Both the position numbers and the translations under genes were made by a program. 64,000 bases of DNA. Source: Rebecca billardiae RCC1528 (taxonomy: Eukaryota > Protista > Haptophyta). Shown one piece after another: positions 20,883 through 32,319 of the stretch. Where the stretch lies: NCBI GenBank assembly GCA_965240325.2, contig OZ251223.1:3286001-3350000 (forward strand), read 5' to 3'. Numbering within the stretch: the stretch's first letter is position 1; each line of letters begins with the position of its first letter. The notes below the pieces were generated by a model, which did not search any database, had not been told where the DNA came from, and worked only from the letters and a program-made list of their open reading frames with translations.

Positions 20883-23118
20883 GCGCCGTTGGGGGCATCG
20901 AGTCCTTGAGCCAGTCGTGCTCAAGCAGCTGCGCGGCCGTCGGCCGCTTCGACGTGTCGCGCTCGAACATGAGCCCCATGGCCGCCTTGAAGGGCGCCGG
21001 GAGCACGGTCGGGTAGTCAGGCGCCGTGTTTGCGTTGACAATGTGGTACATGATGGCGTAGGGGTGCGCTTTGTCGCCGAGCTGGTCGGCCCACGGCGGC
21101 CGGCCCGTGAGCATCTCGATGCACACGCATCCCACGCTCCAGATGTCCGCCTTCCGCCCGTACCCGGTGCCTTGGATCACCTCGGGCGACATCCAGAAGG
21201 GCGTGCCCTTGAGCGTCTGCGCGCCGTCTGTCTTGAACCCCGCGCCCGTCTCCATCATCTGCCACGAGGGCGCAGCCGGGCCGGCGCGCGTGCGCGTCAG
21301 CGTGCTCAACTCGGGCGCAGTGCGGAGCCCGCGCGCGCGCGAGCAGACCACGCGCGGCCGCGCGCGCCACCTTGGCTGAGCCGAAGTCCGCGACCTTGAC
21401 GTGCTGGTAGGTCGCATCGACCAGGATGTTGGCGCTCTTGATGTCGCGGTGGATCACCTCCTTCTCGTGCAGGTACGCGAGCCCGCTGAGCACCTGCGCG
21501 GTGTACGAGGCGATCGTGCGCAGTGGGAGCACGATCTGGTGCGCAGGCGGCCCTGCAGACTCGCCACCGGCCGCCGCCTCCGCCTGCGCGCGCTGCTGCC
21601 GCTGCCGCGCCTGCTGCGCGGCAATCCGTTTGATCAAGTCGGCGAGCGCGCCGCCACGGACGTACTCCATGGCGATGTACAGCTCCTCGTCGGTGCGCTC
21701 GGTACCCAGATAGCGCACGAGGTTCGGGTGCGCGAGCTTGCGCATCACCTGCCGCGGCCGCGCGGGGCGCCGCGGCGCGCGGCGCACCAGTCTGTGAGCA
21801 GGCGGCCAGGGGATGCGGGCGGTGCGCGAGGCTGGGGCGGCGCGCGCGCGCGGCGGTCCGCGCGCACCGCGATCTCGCGCTCGAGCTCCGCGAGCGCCGC
21901 GAGGTCCGTCGCGTTCTGCCCCGCCACCAGGATCTGCTTCACCGCGAAGGTCCGGTGCTGGTCCATGTCCACCGCCAGGAACACGCGCGCGGTCGCGCCG
22001 CGGCCAATCTGTCGGCCGATCTTCCATCGGGAGCGGCCGATCTGCAGGGTGGAGTTCTCGTCGTAGTCGGGGTCGCCGGGCTTGGAGACGCGCGGAGAGC
22101 TGCTGGTCGCCGTGGCCGTCTTCGCCGGCGCCGAGAGCGGGCCCGCCGGCGCGACGACGGAGGGCACGTGCTCGGCCGCCGAGTCGTCGCCCGCGGCTTG
22201 CTTGCGCGGCTTGGGCGAGGGCGGCGCATCGACCGTCAGCACCTTGGACGCGCGCCGCTCGCCGGCGCCGGCGGGCCGAGTGGCGCCGTCGATCGTGGCG
22301 GTGCCCGTCACCTCGATCGACGGCGCCGCTTTCGAGCCGCCCTTCGCGCCCGCCGTGCCCGTCGCCTTGCCCACGGAGGCGAGGCTGGCGACACCGCTCA
22401 CGTCCGTGGCGTCAGCATCCTCGTCGTCCTCAGGCCGGTACGTGAAGTCGACGCCGTCGTCGCTCGAGGCCTCCTCGCCCTCGTCGAGGGCGGCGAGCAT
22501 GCTCTCCGCCTTCTCCGCCGCCGCCGAGCCGCCCGCGGCCGACGCCTCCGCGCGCGCCGCCTGCAGCTCCATCAGCGTCGTCTCAGACAGCCCGTACTCG
22601 AGCGCCAGCGCCTTGAAGTCGAGCTCGGGGATCTCCTCGTCGGCCTGCACCTCGTCGACGACCTGGAGGTCGTCCTCGTCGAAGCCGAATTGGGTCTGCA
22701 GGTGCCACAGCTCGAGCGCCTTCGCCTCGAGCTCCAGGTTCTTCTCCGCCATCATCGTGAAGAAGAAGGGGAAGTCGGCGACCGCCTCGAGCGCATTGCG
22801 CACAACCTTGGTCGACGGCGCGCGCGCGTTGACGGTGCATGCCTGCTGGAGGCGGTCCCAGTTCGCTCCGAGCGAGGTGAGGTGGTTCTCGATCAGATCG
22901 GAAGCCAGCTTCCCGTACGCGGCGTGCACCTGCGACAGAGCGAGCGAGAACCCTTCCCCCGTGTCCCTCGGCTGGCCCTCGACCGGCCATGCTGCCTCGG
23001 GCGACTCGAAGACGGTGCACTCCTGCTCGACGAAGGCGTTCATCGGCTTGGTGAAGGCTTCGGACTTGACGAAGGCCGCCACGGCATCGATCAGCTTGAT
23101 CCCGCCCAGTGAACCCAT
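20794..23118 (-). CDS. STE11/MAP3K-like Ser/Thr kinase with N-terminal ARL2-binding BART (CFAP36-like) domain; exons 23118-21868, 21748-21371, 21258-20794
   Basis: IGRGATARV, FAVKQI, HPNLVRYLG, HRDIKSANIL, DFGSAK, GTPFWMSPE, ADIWSVGC, EMLTGRPPW; N-terminal AFVEQECTVFE...VHAAYGKL...DFPFFFTMMAEKNLELE resembles BART/CFAP36; GT-AG introns. Confidence 0.88.
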
Positions 23119-23273
23119 CGCGCCCGCGCGGCCTCCTGCCGAAAAACCACGCCCAGCAATGCCCGCGATCGCGAGCAACCCTCCCGTCGTCAGCAGTCGA
23201 GTCCGGATCAGCGCACTTCGCGGCTCGGCGCCTCTCGACTACCTGGTATCGAGCGACAGGCAACGGTTGGACG

Positions 23274-24044
23274 ATGGCGGGCTCGAAAACCGACGACGCG
23301 ACGAGCAACGTCCAGGCACAGGCGCGGAGCTGGATCGATGCGCACGCCGAGGTAGCCGACATGAACCAGTATTGGTACTCGCCGGACACGATTGGCGCGC
23401 TCGTCCGTGTGCTGCGGGCCCATTGCCTCGGCGGCGCCCCGCCAAGCGCAGATGGCGGAGCGCTCGACTGCGCCTTCGTGTCCACACCCTCCCTGTACTA
23501 CGTGCTCGCCCCCGAGGAGCGCCAAGCGTCTCGCGTTCTCGACTATGATCGCAAGTTGGCCAGAGCTGACGCGAGTGGCTACGTCTTCTTCGACTTCAAC
23601 GACCCCCCAGAGACGCTCCCTGCGGAGCTCAAGGGCGCTTTCAAAGCGGTCGTGATCGACCCTCCGTTCATCACCCGCGACGTGTGGGAGAAGTACGCGC
23701 GCGTGGCACGCTGGCTGCTGAAGCCGCAGGATGGGCTCGTTATCGCCAGCACCGTCATCGAGAACGCCCCGATGATGGCTGAGCTCCTCGACGTGCGGCC
23801 CAACATCTTCCTGCCGTCGATCCCGCACCTGCCCTACCAATATGCCCTGTACACCAACTTCGACGCGCCCGAGCTGGGCGAGCCCAACCCGGAGATCCCT
23901 GCCGACCCTCACGAGCTGCTGCGCGCGCAGGCAGATGGCGTGCATCTCGCGGAGTCGCGCGCGGCTGAGGCCCCGCTTGCTGGCGCTGGCCCCGCATACG
24001 ACTTTGAGGCCATGATCGAGAAGGCGATGCGCGGCGCCGCCTGA
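23274..24044 (+). CDS. EEF1AKMT1: eEF1A lysine methyltransferase 1 (N6AMT2/Efm5 family)
   Basis: NQYWYSPDT, AFVSTPSLY, LDYDRK, YVFFDFNDP, VVIDPPFIT, YALYTNF. Confidence 0.85.
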   Translation: MAGSKTDDATSNVQAQARSWIDAHAEVADMNQYWYSPDTIGALVRVLRAHCLGGAPPSADGGALDCAFVSTPSLYYVLAPEERQASRVLDYDRKLARADASGYVFFDFNDPPETLPAELKGAFKAVVIDPPFITRDVWEKYARVARWLLKPQDGLVIASTVIENAPMMAELLDVRPNIFLPSIPHLPYQYALYTNFDAPELGEPNPEIPADPHELLRAQADGVHLAESRAAEAPLAGAGPAYDFEAMIEKAMRGAA

Positions 24045-24810
24045 GGGCCTGGGACCGCCTGAGGCGCCTTCAGGTCGGGCCGACGGCTGACTCACCGTCT
24101 GCCGTCACTGACTGTCAGAGTGTCAGACGGTCTGACTGGCAACGAAGCCTACAGTTCCATGTCTGTCACTACTGAGACGAGGGCAGTAGGGGCGGGCTGG
24201 CTGCTCAGCACGGCGATGTACTACGACGACCGTTGGCACGACTCTGACGACTCGACCGAATCCTACCGAGTGCCCGGGGGCCGCGCGGGTCGGCGACTCG
24301 GGCGGTCGGGCGGTCGGCCGGAGTTAAATGAGTCAGACTACTACGGCGGTGAATAACTGAGGCGTGAAACGGCGGAACGAACTGCGCCTGCGGCCTCCCT
24401 GCGGCGGAGTGACGGAGTCTGCGCGCGCCCCGCGGCCGCGCCCGCGGCCCGCGCGGGGCCTCGCGGGCGATGCCCCGCGAGGCCGAGCCCGAGGGTGAGG
24501 CGCGCGTGGCCAGGCGCCCGGCTGAGCGGCCGTCTGTGCCGTGAGGGCGTGAGTGAGTCTGTGCGGCTGGCCGGCCGTGGACCCGATGCTTGCCCGTGGC
24601 TCCACCCCCCCCCCCCGTTACGGCGCAGCCTCCCATATCCGTGGCCCGCAACAGCATCGGCCAGCCGGCAGCAGTGTCAAGCACTGCGGACGAAGTACGA
24701 ACAAAGTCTCGGGCCGAGAGGCCGAGAACGAGTCACGAGACGCGACTCATAATGTGGACCGCCGGCGGTGTGGGCAAGTTGCGGGCGCACCTCACGCCAT
24801 GCCAGCACAA

Positions 24811-26022
24811 TCAGCCCTGCACAGGTTGGCCGTCGTGCACGGAGCCGATCTGCGACCACTCGCCCGGTAGGCTCTCCTGCCACAACGACACCTGCAGCGT
24901 GGTGCGCGTTCATGGGCGGGCAGGGGAGGGGGAGGGGGTGCGTGAGCTGCGGCATGCGCGATCACGCTCATGGCTCACGCCGCACGCGCGTCGCACGCGC
25001 AGTCAGGCGCGCACCTTGTTGTCGCCCGTGCTCACGGCGAGGATCCCGCCCGTGAGCGACCATGACACCTTCCACACGGGCGCGTCGAACTTGGGCAGCG
25101 CCGTCTTGGCCCACTCCGTGGACGAGGCGTCTCGGCACCACACGATCACGCGCTGGTCCTGCGAGCAGCTCGCGATGATGGAGGCCGGCGTCGAGCCGAT
25201 CGGCGCCCACGCGACGTCCCGCACCCAGTCCGTGTGTTCTGCCAGCGTCTTTTCGAGCGACCACGACTGGCTCGTCGCATCATGCCGCCAGACCTTGACC
25301 AGGTTGTCGCAGCCGCCTGTCACGAGCTGCGCGGACGTGGGCAGCTGTGCGCTCGCACTCGCCGAGGAGACGACGGCGGCCGGCTCGTACGCCGGCGCCC
25401 AGCTGACGCTGTTGCAGCCAATCTGGTGGGCGGTCATCTTCGACGCGGTCCACGTGTCGTCCGCCTGGTGCGTGAGGATCGAGACGGTCGTGTCCGCGGA
25501 CGCGCACGCGAGCACAAGGCCGAGCTCAGACGGCGCCCACGCGATCGAGTTGACGGATGAGTCGTGGCCGTCGTACGTGTACACGCGGATCCACTGACCG
25601 GGCGATTGCTCCTTCCACACGCACACCTTGCGGTCGTACGAGCAGGATGCGAGCAGCGCGCCGTACTGCGGGTGCGCCCATGCCACCTGCCACACCGGCC
25701 CTTCGTGCCCCTTCAGCTCTGCCACCTGCACGCGCTGGCCGGTGCCCTCCTGGATGTCGTAGATGCGGATGGTGCGATCAGAGGAGCAGGTGGCAAGCTT
25801 CTTGCCGTAGTAGTCCAGCTGCGCATCGTGCTGAGCGGACCAGCGCGGGGCGCGCATCACAGGGTGCACCCAGGTGTCGTCAGCACACGACGGCGCACGG
25901 TCGGCGCACGCGCGCCGAGCGCGCTGCCCCGTGGGCCGCGCGGGAGAGGGCCTCGGGCGCGCGGTGCACACAATGAGATCCTCGTGCAACGTTTCGATCG
26001 TCTCCGTCTGGGTCGTCGACAT
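24811..26022 (-). CDS. SEC13: SEC13 WD40 protein (COPII/nuclear pore); exons 26022-25972, 25830-25015, 24891-24811
   Basis: HEDLI|HDAQLDYYGKKLATCSSD, GHEGPVWQVAWAHP, SVNSIAWAP, TGGCDNLVKVW, HTDWVRDVAWAP, VWKVSWSLTG, GDNK|VSLWQE. Confidence 0.95.
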
Positions 26023-26190
26023 CGGTGCGAGCTGCCGATACTCGGCCCTCGGCGTCAGCGCGAAGCCGCTGCGTTGTCCCGAGTGGCGCGGACTGGTGCA
26101 GCCACGTCAGCCGGACTTGGGGCGATTCAGCATGGCGGTGCGCGACAGCCGTCGATACTGGTAGGCCTCAAGCTACAAGCTTGCATCATC

Positions 26191-27723
26191 ATGTTGCCCA
26201 GCTTGCACTCAGAGAGCGCGCTGGCTCTGCTGGCCGTGGCGCTGGGTCTTGGAGCCGTTGTGGCCGTCATTCTGGCGGGCCTGCGGCGCCATCGCGCGGA
26301 GAGCTCGCCATGCGGTACACCCACGCGGGCCATCGCCGTGATCGTGCTCGGAGACTTTGGCCGGTCTCCGCGCATGCAGCACCATGCGCTCTCGCTGGCG
26401 CAGCACGGTCGAAGCGTGCACGTGGTCGCGCACAGTGGCACGGCGGCTCACCCGCGCGTGAGCGCCCACCCGCACATCACCGTGCACACTCTCGAGCCGT
26501 TTGTCCCGCCTGCGTGGCTGCCCGGCCTGGCGGCGCTGCCGTTCAAAGCGGTGGCGCAAGCAGCTGCGCTCGCACACGTGCTCGCCGTGCGCCTGCCGAC
26601 CGTGGGCGCCATGCTCGTGCAGAATCCGCCCGCCATCCCGACGCTCGCCGTCGCCCACGTGGCGTGCCGCCTGCGCGGCGCTCGGCTCATCATTGACTGG
26701 CACAACTACGCATACACCATCCTCGCCATCGCGCTCAGCTCGCGGGGTGGGCGCTCTCGCGCTCGGACCGCCGCGTGCGCGGCGGTGGTACGCGTGGCCG
26801 AGATCCACGAGCGGCTGTGGGCGCGGCTTGCAGACTCGCACCTGTGTGTCTCGGAGGCGATGGCGCTCGACCTGCGCACGAGCTGGCGCGTGCACGCGAC
26901 GGTCCTGTACGACCGCCCGGCAGCTGTCTTTGCGCCGCTCTCGGCGGGCGCGCAGCACGCGCTGCTCGCGCGGCTGCACGCCGGCGTGCGCGAGGCGGTG
27001 TTCCCGGCGCTGCCGCCCGCGCTCGCAGCGGCGGAGGTGGCCGCATCCGCCGCGGAGCCCGCCGCCAGGCTCACGCTGCGCACGCGCCAGCCGATGGCGC
27101 GCGGCGCCGGCGCCAATCGGCCCGCCTCTCTGCGCCCCGACCGGCCGGCCATCGTCGTCAGCTCGACCAGCTGGACGGCTGACGAGGACTTCGGGCTGCT
27201 GCTGCGTGCACTGGTCGAGCTCGACGCGCGCCTCGAGGCAGATCGCGCGCGCGGCGCCGAGGCGTGCCGCGTCGTCACACTGATCACAGGCCGCGGGCCT
27301 CTCCGCGAGCACTATGAAGCCCAGCTGCGCACGCTCGCGCTGCGCTCGACCCACGTGGCGACGCTCTGGCTCGCGGCGGAGGACTACCCTCAGCTCCTCG
27401 CGTGCGCGGACGTGGGTGTGTGCCTGCACGCGTCGAGCTCGGGCGTCGACCTGCCGATGAAGATCGTCGATCTTTTCGGCGCGGGTGTGCCCGTGTGCGC
27501 GCTCAAGTACGGCTGCATCGGCGAGCTCGTGCATGAGGGCGAGACTGGCTTGCTCTTTTCGACCGCGACCGAGCTGGCAAGCCAGCTGCACGGGCTGCTC
27601 GCCCGCTACCCGCACGAAACGCGCAGGCTCGACGCGCTGCGCGAGGGCGTCGGCGCGTGGCGTGGGCGCACGTGGGACCAAAACTGGGGCGAGATCGCAG
27701 CGCCTATGCTATGCTGCGAGTGA
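26191..27723 (+). CDS. ALG1: Chitobiosyldiphosphodolichol beta-1,4-mannosyltransferase
   Basis: N-terminal TM; VLGDFGRSPRMQHHALS, VQNPPAIP, IIDWHNYAY, SSTSWTADEDF, LHASSSGVDLPMKIVDLFG; intronless. Confidence 0.95.
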   Translation: MLPSLHSESALALLAVALGLGAVVAVILAGLRRHRAESSPCGTPTRAIAVIVLGDFGRSPRMQHHALSLAQHGRSVHVVAHSGTAAHPRVSAHPHITVHTLEPFVPPAWLPGLAALPFKAVAQAAALAHVLAVRLPTVGAMLVQNPPAIPTLAVAHVACRLRGARLIIDWHNYAYTILAIALSSRGGRSRARTAACAAVVRVAEIHERLWARLADSHLCVSEAMALDLRTSWRVHATVLYDRPAAVFAPLSAGAQHALLARLHAGVREAVFPALPPALAAAEVAASAAEPAARLTLRTRQPMARGAGANRPASLRPDRPAIVVSSTSWTADEDFGLLLRALVELDARLEADRARGAEACRVVTLITGRGPLREHYEAQLRTLALRSTHVATLWLAAEDYPQLLACADVGVCLHASSSGVDLPMKIVDLFGAGVPVCALKYGCIGELVHEGETGLLFSTATELASQLHGLLARYPHETRRLDALREGVGAWRGRTWDQNWGEIAAPMLCCE

Positions 27724-28193
27724 ACTGCCAAGCTGCAAGCAAGTTTGCGAAGCAGCATTGCATTTGCAGTGCCGGGCCCTGCAAGTGCAACGGTGGCTTT
27801 TTGCATTCAAGTGAGTCCCAGTCAATGTTGCGCTGCTGTCTGCTGACTCTGACTCACTCCGACGAGTAGTCTGAGTCGCGCAATGGCTTCAGAGGCTGTG
27901 GCACTCGTTCACCGGGCACTTGCCGGTCACCGACGCAGCAGCGAAATATCAGTGAAATGACGCCGATGCGGCGCCACGGACGACCAGCAGCGACCCCGCA
28001 CCGCTGCCGACGACAATGTCAGCCAACAGCCCAACAGGCGCGAGTGCGTGGCGGTTGCTTTCGAAAATAAATAAATGATGGAGGCGCGCGGCCGGACTCG
28101 TAGAAACCGAGAAACTCATCAGCATCATCAATTCATCATTGTTGATGATATTCATTTCGTCATCATCAGCGGTCGGCGCCACGTCGATCGACG

Positions 28194-29040
28194 ATGGACG
28201 CCACACTCCTCGTCGTCGCGCTGCTCATTGCGCTGGTGCTCGCCTTCTTGCTGCTGCGGAGACCGGCGGTGCAACGTGGCAATGTTGTGCTCCTCGTCGG
28301 ACCTTGCGGCGCTGGCAAGACGCTCGCCTTCTTGCAGCTGCGCGACAGGCGTGACATCCCGACGCACATGTCGATGGCTGTGAATGAGGACACCTTTGAG
28401 CTCAAGAAGGGTGGAACACCTGTGCTCGTAGTCGATTGCCCGGGTGCGCCCCAGCTGCAGGCGGACTACCTGAAGCGCATTTCCACCGCGGGCGCGATCG
28501 TGTTCATGGTAGACTCGGCCGACCCGCTCGCGCAGTCAAAGCTCGCTGGCGGCATGCTGTATGAGATCTTCGTCTCAGACGCCATGCGACGGCTGCACGT
28601 GCCCGTGCTGCTTGCCTGCAACAAGAGCGACTCCGCGCGGGCAATGCCCTCGGCCCAGCTGCGTGCTCAGATCGAGAAGGAGATCGACCGCATTCAGCGC
28701 TCACGCTCGACGATGCAGGACCTCTCAGACAAGACGCAAGGCTCTATGATCAGCCAGGGCAGTGCTGCCTTCACCTTCAAGGATGTGAGCGCCCCCAACG
28801 CCGCGCGGCGAGAGGAGACGCGACGCGCGCGCCTCGCGCACGCCGTCGCGTAGTCGACCCCTGCGCCAGCTGGGCGCTTCTGACCCGGCCCTCGCGACCG
28901 CGCGCCACCACCTGCTTGTGCGCGCGCGCCTGATGGCCCTGCAGGCACCATGTGAGGTCAGCGTGACGGAGTGCTGCGCAAAGAAGCCAGGACTGGACGC
29001 GATCGTCGACTTTGTGTGCCAGCAGCTCAAGCTGCCATGA
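28194..29040 (+). CDS. SRPRB: Signal recognition particle receptor beta subunit; exons 28194-28784, 28945-29040
   Basis: N-terminal TM, GPCGAGKT P-loop, PTHMSM, VDCPG, IVFMVDS, LACNKSD, IEKEIDRIQRSRS. Confidence 0.9.
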
Positions 29041-29258
29041 GCACTCCTCTACAGGCGATGGCTGACGGCCACTGCGTAGGGCAATATTCGGGGAGGGGGG
29101 GGGCATTAATTGGCGTAGGACCGTGTACGCGGCGTTCTGTCGTTCGGTGCCGGCGGCCGACGACGCGCGCACACGGTCACGCCGACAGACACTCGTGTCA
29201 TCAATCTTAGGATAGAGTACTAATTACTATATGAGTAACTGTAGTATGACGAATGCGC

Positions 29259-29283
29259 TATATATATATATATATATATAATT

Positions 29284-29331
<48 letters not shown>
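29259..29331. repeat. Adjacent (TA)n and (ATC)n microsatellites
   Basis: Seen directly between the convergent SRPRB and cyclophilin-like genes. Confidence 0.95.
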
Positions 29332-29534
29332 GCGCGCACTGCGCGCAGTGTCAGTGTTACGGTTCACAACATTGCAGGCGATGCGCGACCGGCGCGTCCG
29401 GACGCGTACGCCGCTCAGCGACTAAGACGACTGTCTGACAGTGCCACACTGAGCCGCGGTCCGAGTGAGTGAGTGAGTCAGTGACACTCCGAAGACAGAC
29501 AGCGCTTCAGGCCCTCAGCTGCGTCAGCACGCGC

Positions 29535-30482
29535 TCATGATTCATAGACCTCCACGCGCCGCGTCTTGGCCATCCCATCCCATGACGAATTCGCGCGGAT
29601 ATACGCGTTGCCGTACTGGTAGAGCAGGCCAAGGCTGGGGCCAGGCCCTCCGAGCTCTGCAACCTCGCCAAAGCTGGGGAAGCTGAGAACATTTTCCATC
29701 CCATCAGCGTCCACCTCGCAGATGGGCACAAAGAGCTGAGGGTCAAGCCACGAGTTGTTTCCTGTGTTGATGAAGAGCTCTGCTGTCGCGTTCCACGTCA
29801 CGCCGTCGGGGAATGCCCGCGTCGTTCTGCCGCTGGTGGACATGGCGAGCGTGCCAAAGGTATTGCTGAGGGCAGGCACATTCGGGCAGGAGCGGCCTGC
29901 CCACGCCGTGCAGCAGGGCATCCGTGGAGGCTGTGGCCGCAAGATGGCGCACCGAGACTTGGTGGTGGACCAGTTGTACACGTTGCTCACGGCCGGGGCG
30001 CCAGCCGTCCCAAACTGCACCACTTTCAGGTGGTCTGTGTCGATGACACGGAAGAAAAAATTCCGCTCGTAATATCCATGGCGCGCGAGGTTGAAGACAC
30101 GATCGACCCATAGCGGAGCACGAGCTCGCACGCATCGTGCCGTGAATGGGCCATAATTGGTGCCGAAGCGGATGTCAAACGCGGATGGCGCCCGCTTTCG
30201 CATGGCAGGCCTGCACGGATGTCGCAAAGCGGCCGCGTACGGCGATCGCCCTTTGCTCTGGGAGTCCTCAACATGTTGTGGTCCTAAGCGCGGCGATGAA
30301 TTTGTCGTCGTCGCGAAGAACACTGCACAGACAACCAGTGCGCTCCCAAAGGCCACCAAGGCCACCCAACGCTGTGAGATGCTCACGCCCCAGGCCGCGA
30401 AGTCGTCTGATGGCACCATGCGCTGCTCGGCAGGGCGCCCGGCCGTGCCGCCCTTCGCGGTCGGGCTCGACACTCCCATCAT
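29535..30482 (-). CDS. Cyclophilin-like (PPIase-fold) protein with N-terminal membrane anchor; start uncertain (30482 or 30419)
   Basis: APLWVDRVFNL..HGYY..NFFFRVI, VVQFG, SNTFGTLAMS, ELFINTGNNSWLD, DGMENV; TM WVALVAFGSALVVCAVFF. Confidence 0.75.
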   Translation of the reverse strand: MMGVSSPTAKGGTAGRPAEQRMVPSDDFAAWGVSISQRWVALVAFGSALVVCAVFFATTTNSSPRLGPQHVEDSQSKGRSPYAAALRHPCRPAMRKRAPSAFDIRFGTNYGPFTARCVRARAPLWVDRVFNLARHGYYERNFFFRVIDTDHLKVVQFGTAGAPAVSNVYNWSTTKSRCAILRPQPPRMPCCTAWAGRSCPNVPALSNTFGTLAMSTSGRTTRAFPDGVTWNATAELFINTGNNSWLDPQLFVPICEVDADGMENVLSFPSFGEVAELGGPGPSLGLLYQYGNAYIRANSSWDGMAKTRRVEVYES

Positions 30483-30996
30483 GGACGTCGGGCGGGAGCA
30501 GCGCATACGCAGTCGGTCGGACACGACCGTACAGTTTACTAAGATTAATAAGAGACGCACACAGCTCAGGCAGGCGAGATTGTAGCTTCAGTAAGATACT
30601 AGTAGTACTATGGATACTACCGTACAAAGGCGGCGCAGGCACGGGCGCACCAGCGCAGAATCGGCAGATCTATCCGGCATCATCACAGCAAGCTGGCCAA
30701 GAGCTAAGTGTGGAGGGACGCTCCACTGCTAGCTTACGGTAGGCGGAGTGAGGGGGTCACATCCGGCAAAGTTCAGTGGGGCGGGAGCGCTTGGGCCTGC
30801 CCGAGATTATCTAATTATAATATGGGCAAGCACATTATAATTAGGACGGACCCATATAATCGGCCCTAAACCTGTAGTCGTCATGGATTCCCCCTTGCAT
30901 CTGAAGCTCGCGCGTGTGCTGCTATCCAGGTGTCGACGATCCGTCGATCGCGGACGCAGTCAGCCACGCGCCGTCCTGTCCTGAGTCCCATTCAGC

Positions 30997-32319
30997 CTAT
31001 GCCGCAGATGCGGCAGCAAGGGAGCTGGATGGGAGCTGCACGTACTCCGCGGGCCGCACAATCACCTCGACCTCGCCTACCGCCCTGCGAAGCATCTCGG
31101 CGGCCTGCACATTGGTCGTGATCGGCACGCCGTTGATTGCGGCCACGAGATCACCCACGCGCAGTCCGGCCGAGGCGGCCAGGCTCTTGGGCGCGACTTG
31201 GCGTAGCACGGGCGGGAGCGTCGTCCCCTTCAGCTGCTTGGCGCCCATGCTGGGCAGCGAGTGCGGGCTGTAGTGCGCGCCGCCTGCGTCCTGCTTCACG
31301 TACTGGAATGTGACGCCAACGGCCACCTTTTCGCTCTGCTTGCGCAGCACGGCGACGCGGCTGCCGCTGGAGTTGGTCGAGCCAGAGTGCTCGGCCTCAG
31401 CGCGCTTGGCATCCTGCACGCAGATGTTCAGAGCGCTGCCGAAGGCCGTTGCATCGTGCGCGCTGGGCGTCCTGAAGACGTAGGGCTCCGGCTCAAAGTG
31501 CATCACAACCGTCACGTCCTCGCCCTGCACGATGATCGCGTCCATCTCCGCGAGGCGCAGGTGCGTGGCGGCGCGCGGGTCGGACCTGCCGGGCTTGGTG
31601 TACACGAGGGACGTCTCGTCGCGGGAGAGCGTGACCGTGCGCACCATGTAGAGGCCTGGGAGCTGGCGCGAGCCCTTCTTGAGAGGCGGCAGCTGCTGAA
31701 GCTCCGCGCGTGCCTTGAGCAGCTTCGCCCGCGGCGCCTCCACGGCTCGCGCACGGTGGCCGCGCGTAGCGCGTGCGATGGTTGTGGCCGCGGACTCGGC
31801 GCGCGCAGCTGCCTCTCGCTCGTCGCGTGCGCGAGATTCCCGCCGCCGCGCGAGCTCTGCGCGTGCGAGCAATGCACGGCCGCGCGTCTGGATGCTGGTG
31901 ATTGCCGAGGCCTCCGTCTCCGCCCGCTTGGCTGCCTCCCTCTCCACCTTGTCCGCCGCAGCAAGGGCAGCTGCCTCCTCCTCCCTCTGCTTGGCGGCCT
32001 CACGCGCCGCGGCCTCCTCCTCCTCCTTTTTCGATTGGACCTCCGCGGTGCGAAACTGTTCTTTGAGCTCGGCGAACGTTACTCGGGCGCGATGCCCGCG
32101 TGCCTTGCTCGCGATCTTGGACGCCGCTGAGTGCTCGCGCTCAGCCGCATCGCGCAGATCGGTCTCCGCGACGCGCTGCGAGTTCGTGCGCTTTGTCCGC
32201 ACGCGACGCTGGATTGTGGCGGCGGCCTCGTGGCGAGCTATGAGGTTGTCATCGTCGAGTTTGCGTGCGGCCTCCTGATGCGTGCCAACGCCAACGCACC
32301 GCAGGAACTTCTCGAGCAT
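30997..32319 (-). CDS. IQ-motif, PH-like and PDZ domain scaffold protein
   Basis: Four IQ-like motifs (AATIQRRVR, ASKIASKARGHRAR, ITSIQTRGRALLAR, ATTIARATRGHRAR); PH-like LKKG...YVFRTPSAHDATAFGSAL; PDZ VAPKSLAASAGLRVGDLVAAING. Confidence 0.75.
   Translation of the reverse strand: MLEKFLRCVGVGTHQEAARKLDDDNLIARHEAAATIQRRVRTKRTNSQRVAETDLRDAAEREHSAASKIASKARGHRARVTFAELKEQFRTAEVQSKKEEEEAAAREAAKQREEEAAALAAADKVEREAAKRAETEASAITSIQTRGRALLARAELARRRESRARDEREAAARAESAATTIARATRGHRARAVEAPRAKLLKARAELQQLPPLKKGSRQLPGLYMVRTVTLSRDETSLVYTKPGRSDPRAATHLRLAEMDAIIVQGEDVTVVMHFEPEPYVFRTPSAHDATAFGSALNICVQDAKRAEAEHSGSTNSSGSRVAVLRKQSEKVAVGVTFQYVKQDAGGAHYSPHSLPSMGAKQLKGTTLPPVLRQVAPKSLAASAGLRVGDLVAAINGVPITTNVQAAEMLRRAVGEVEVIVRPAEYVQLPSSSLAAASAA

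Noticed and set aside
25831-25971. In-frame, stop-free introns (SEC13 intron 1, three NUP155 introns) as regulated intron retention
   Set aside because: About a third of introns are 3n by chance and GC-rich introns rarely contain stops; most other introns here are not 3n
24811-29040. SEC13, ALG1 and SRPRB as an ER/secretory operon-like cluster
   Set aside because: Three housekeeping genes in a gene-dense region; no shared motif seen and synteny cannot be tested here
30811-30844. 11-bp AT-rich hairpin ctaattataat/attataattag
   Set aside because: Short, low-complexity and with no second copy seen
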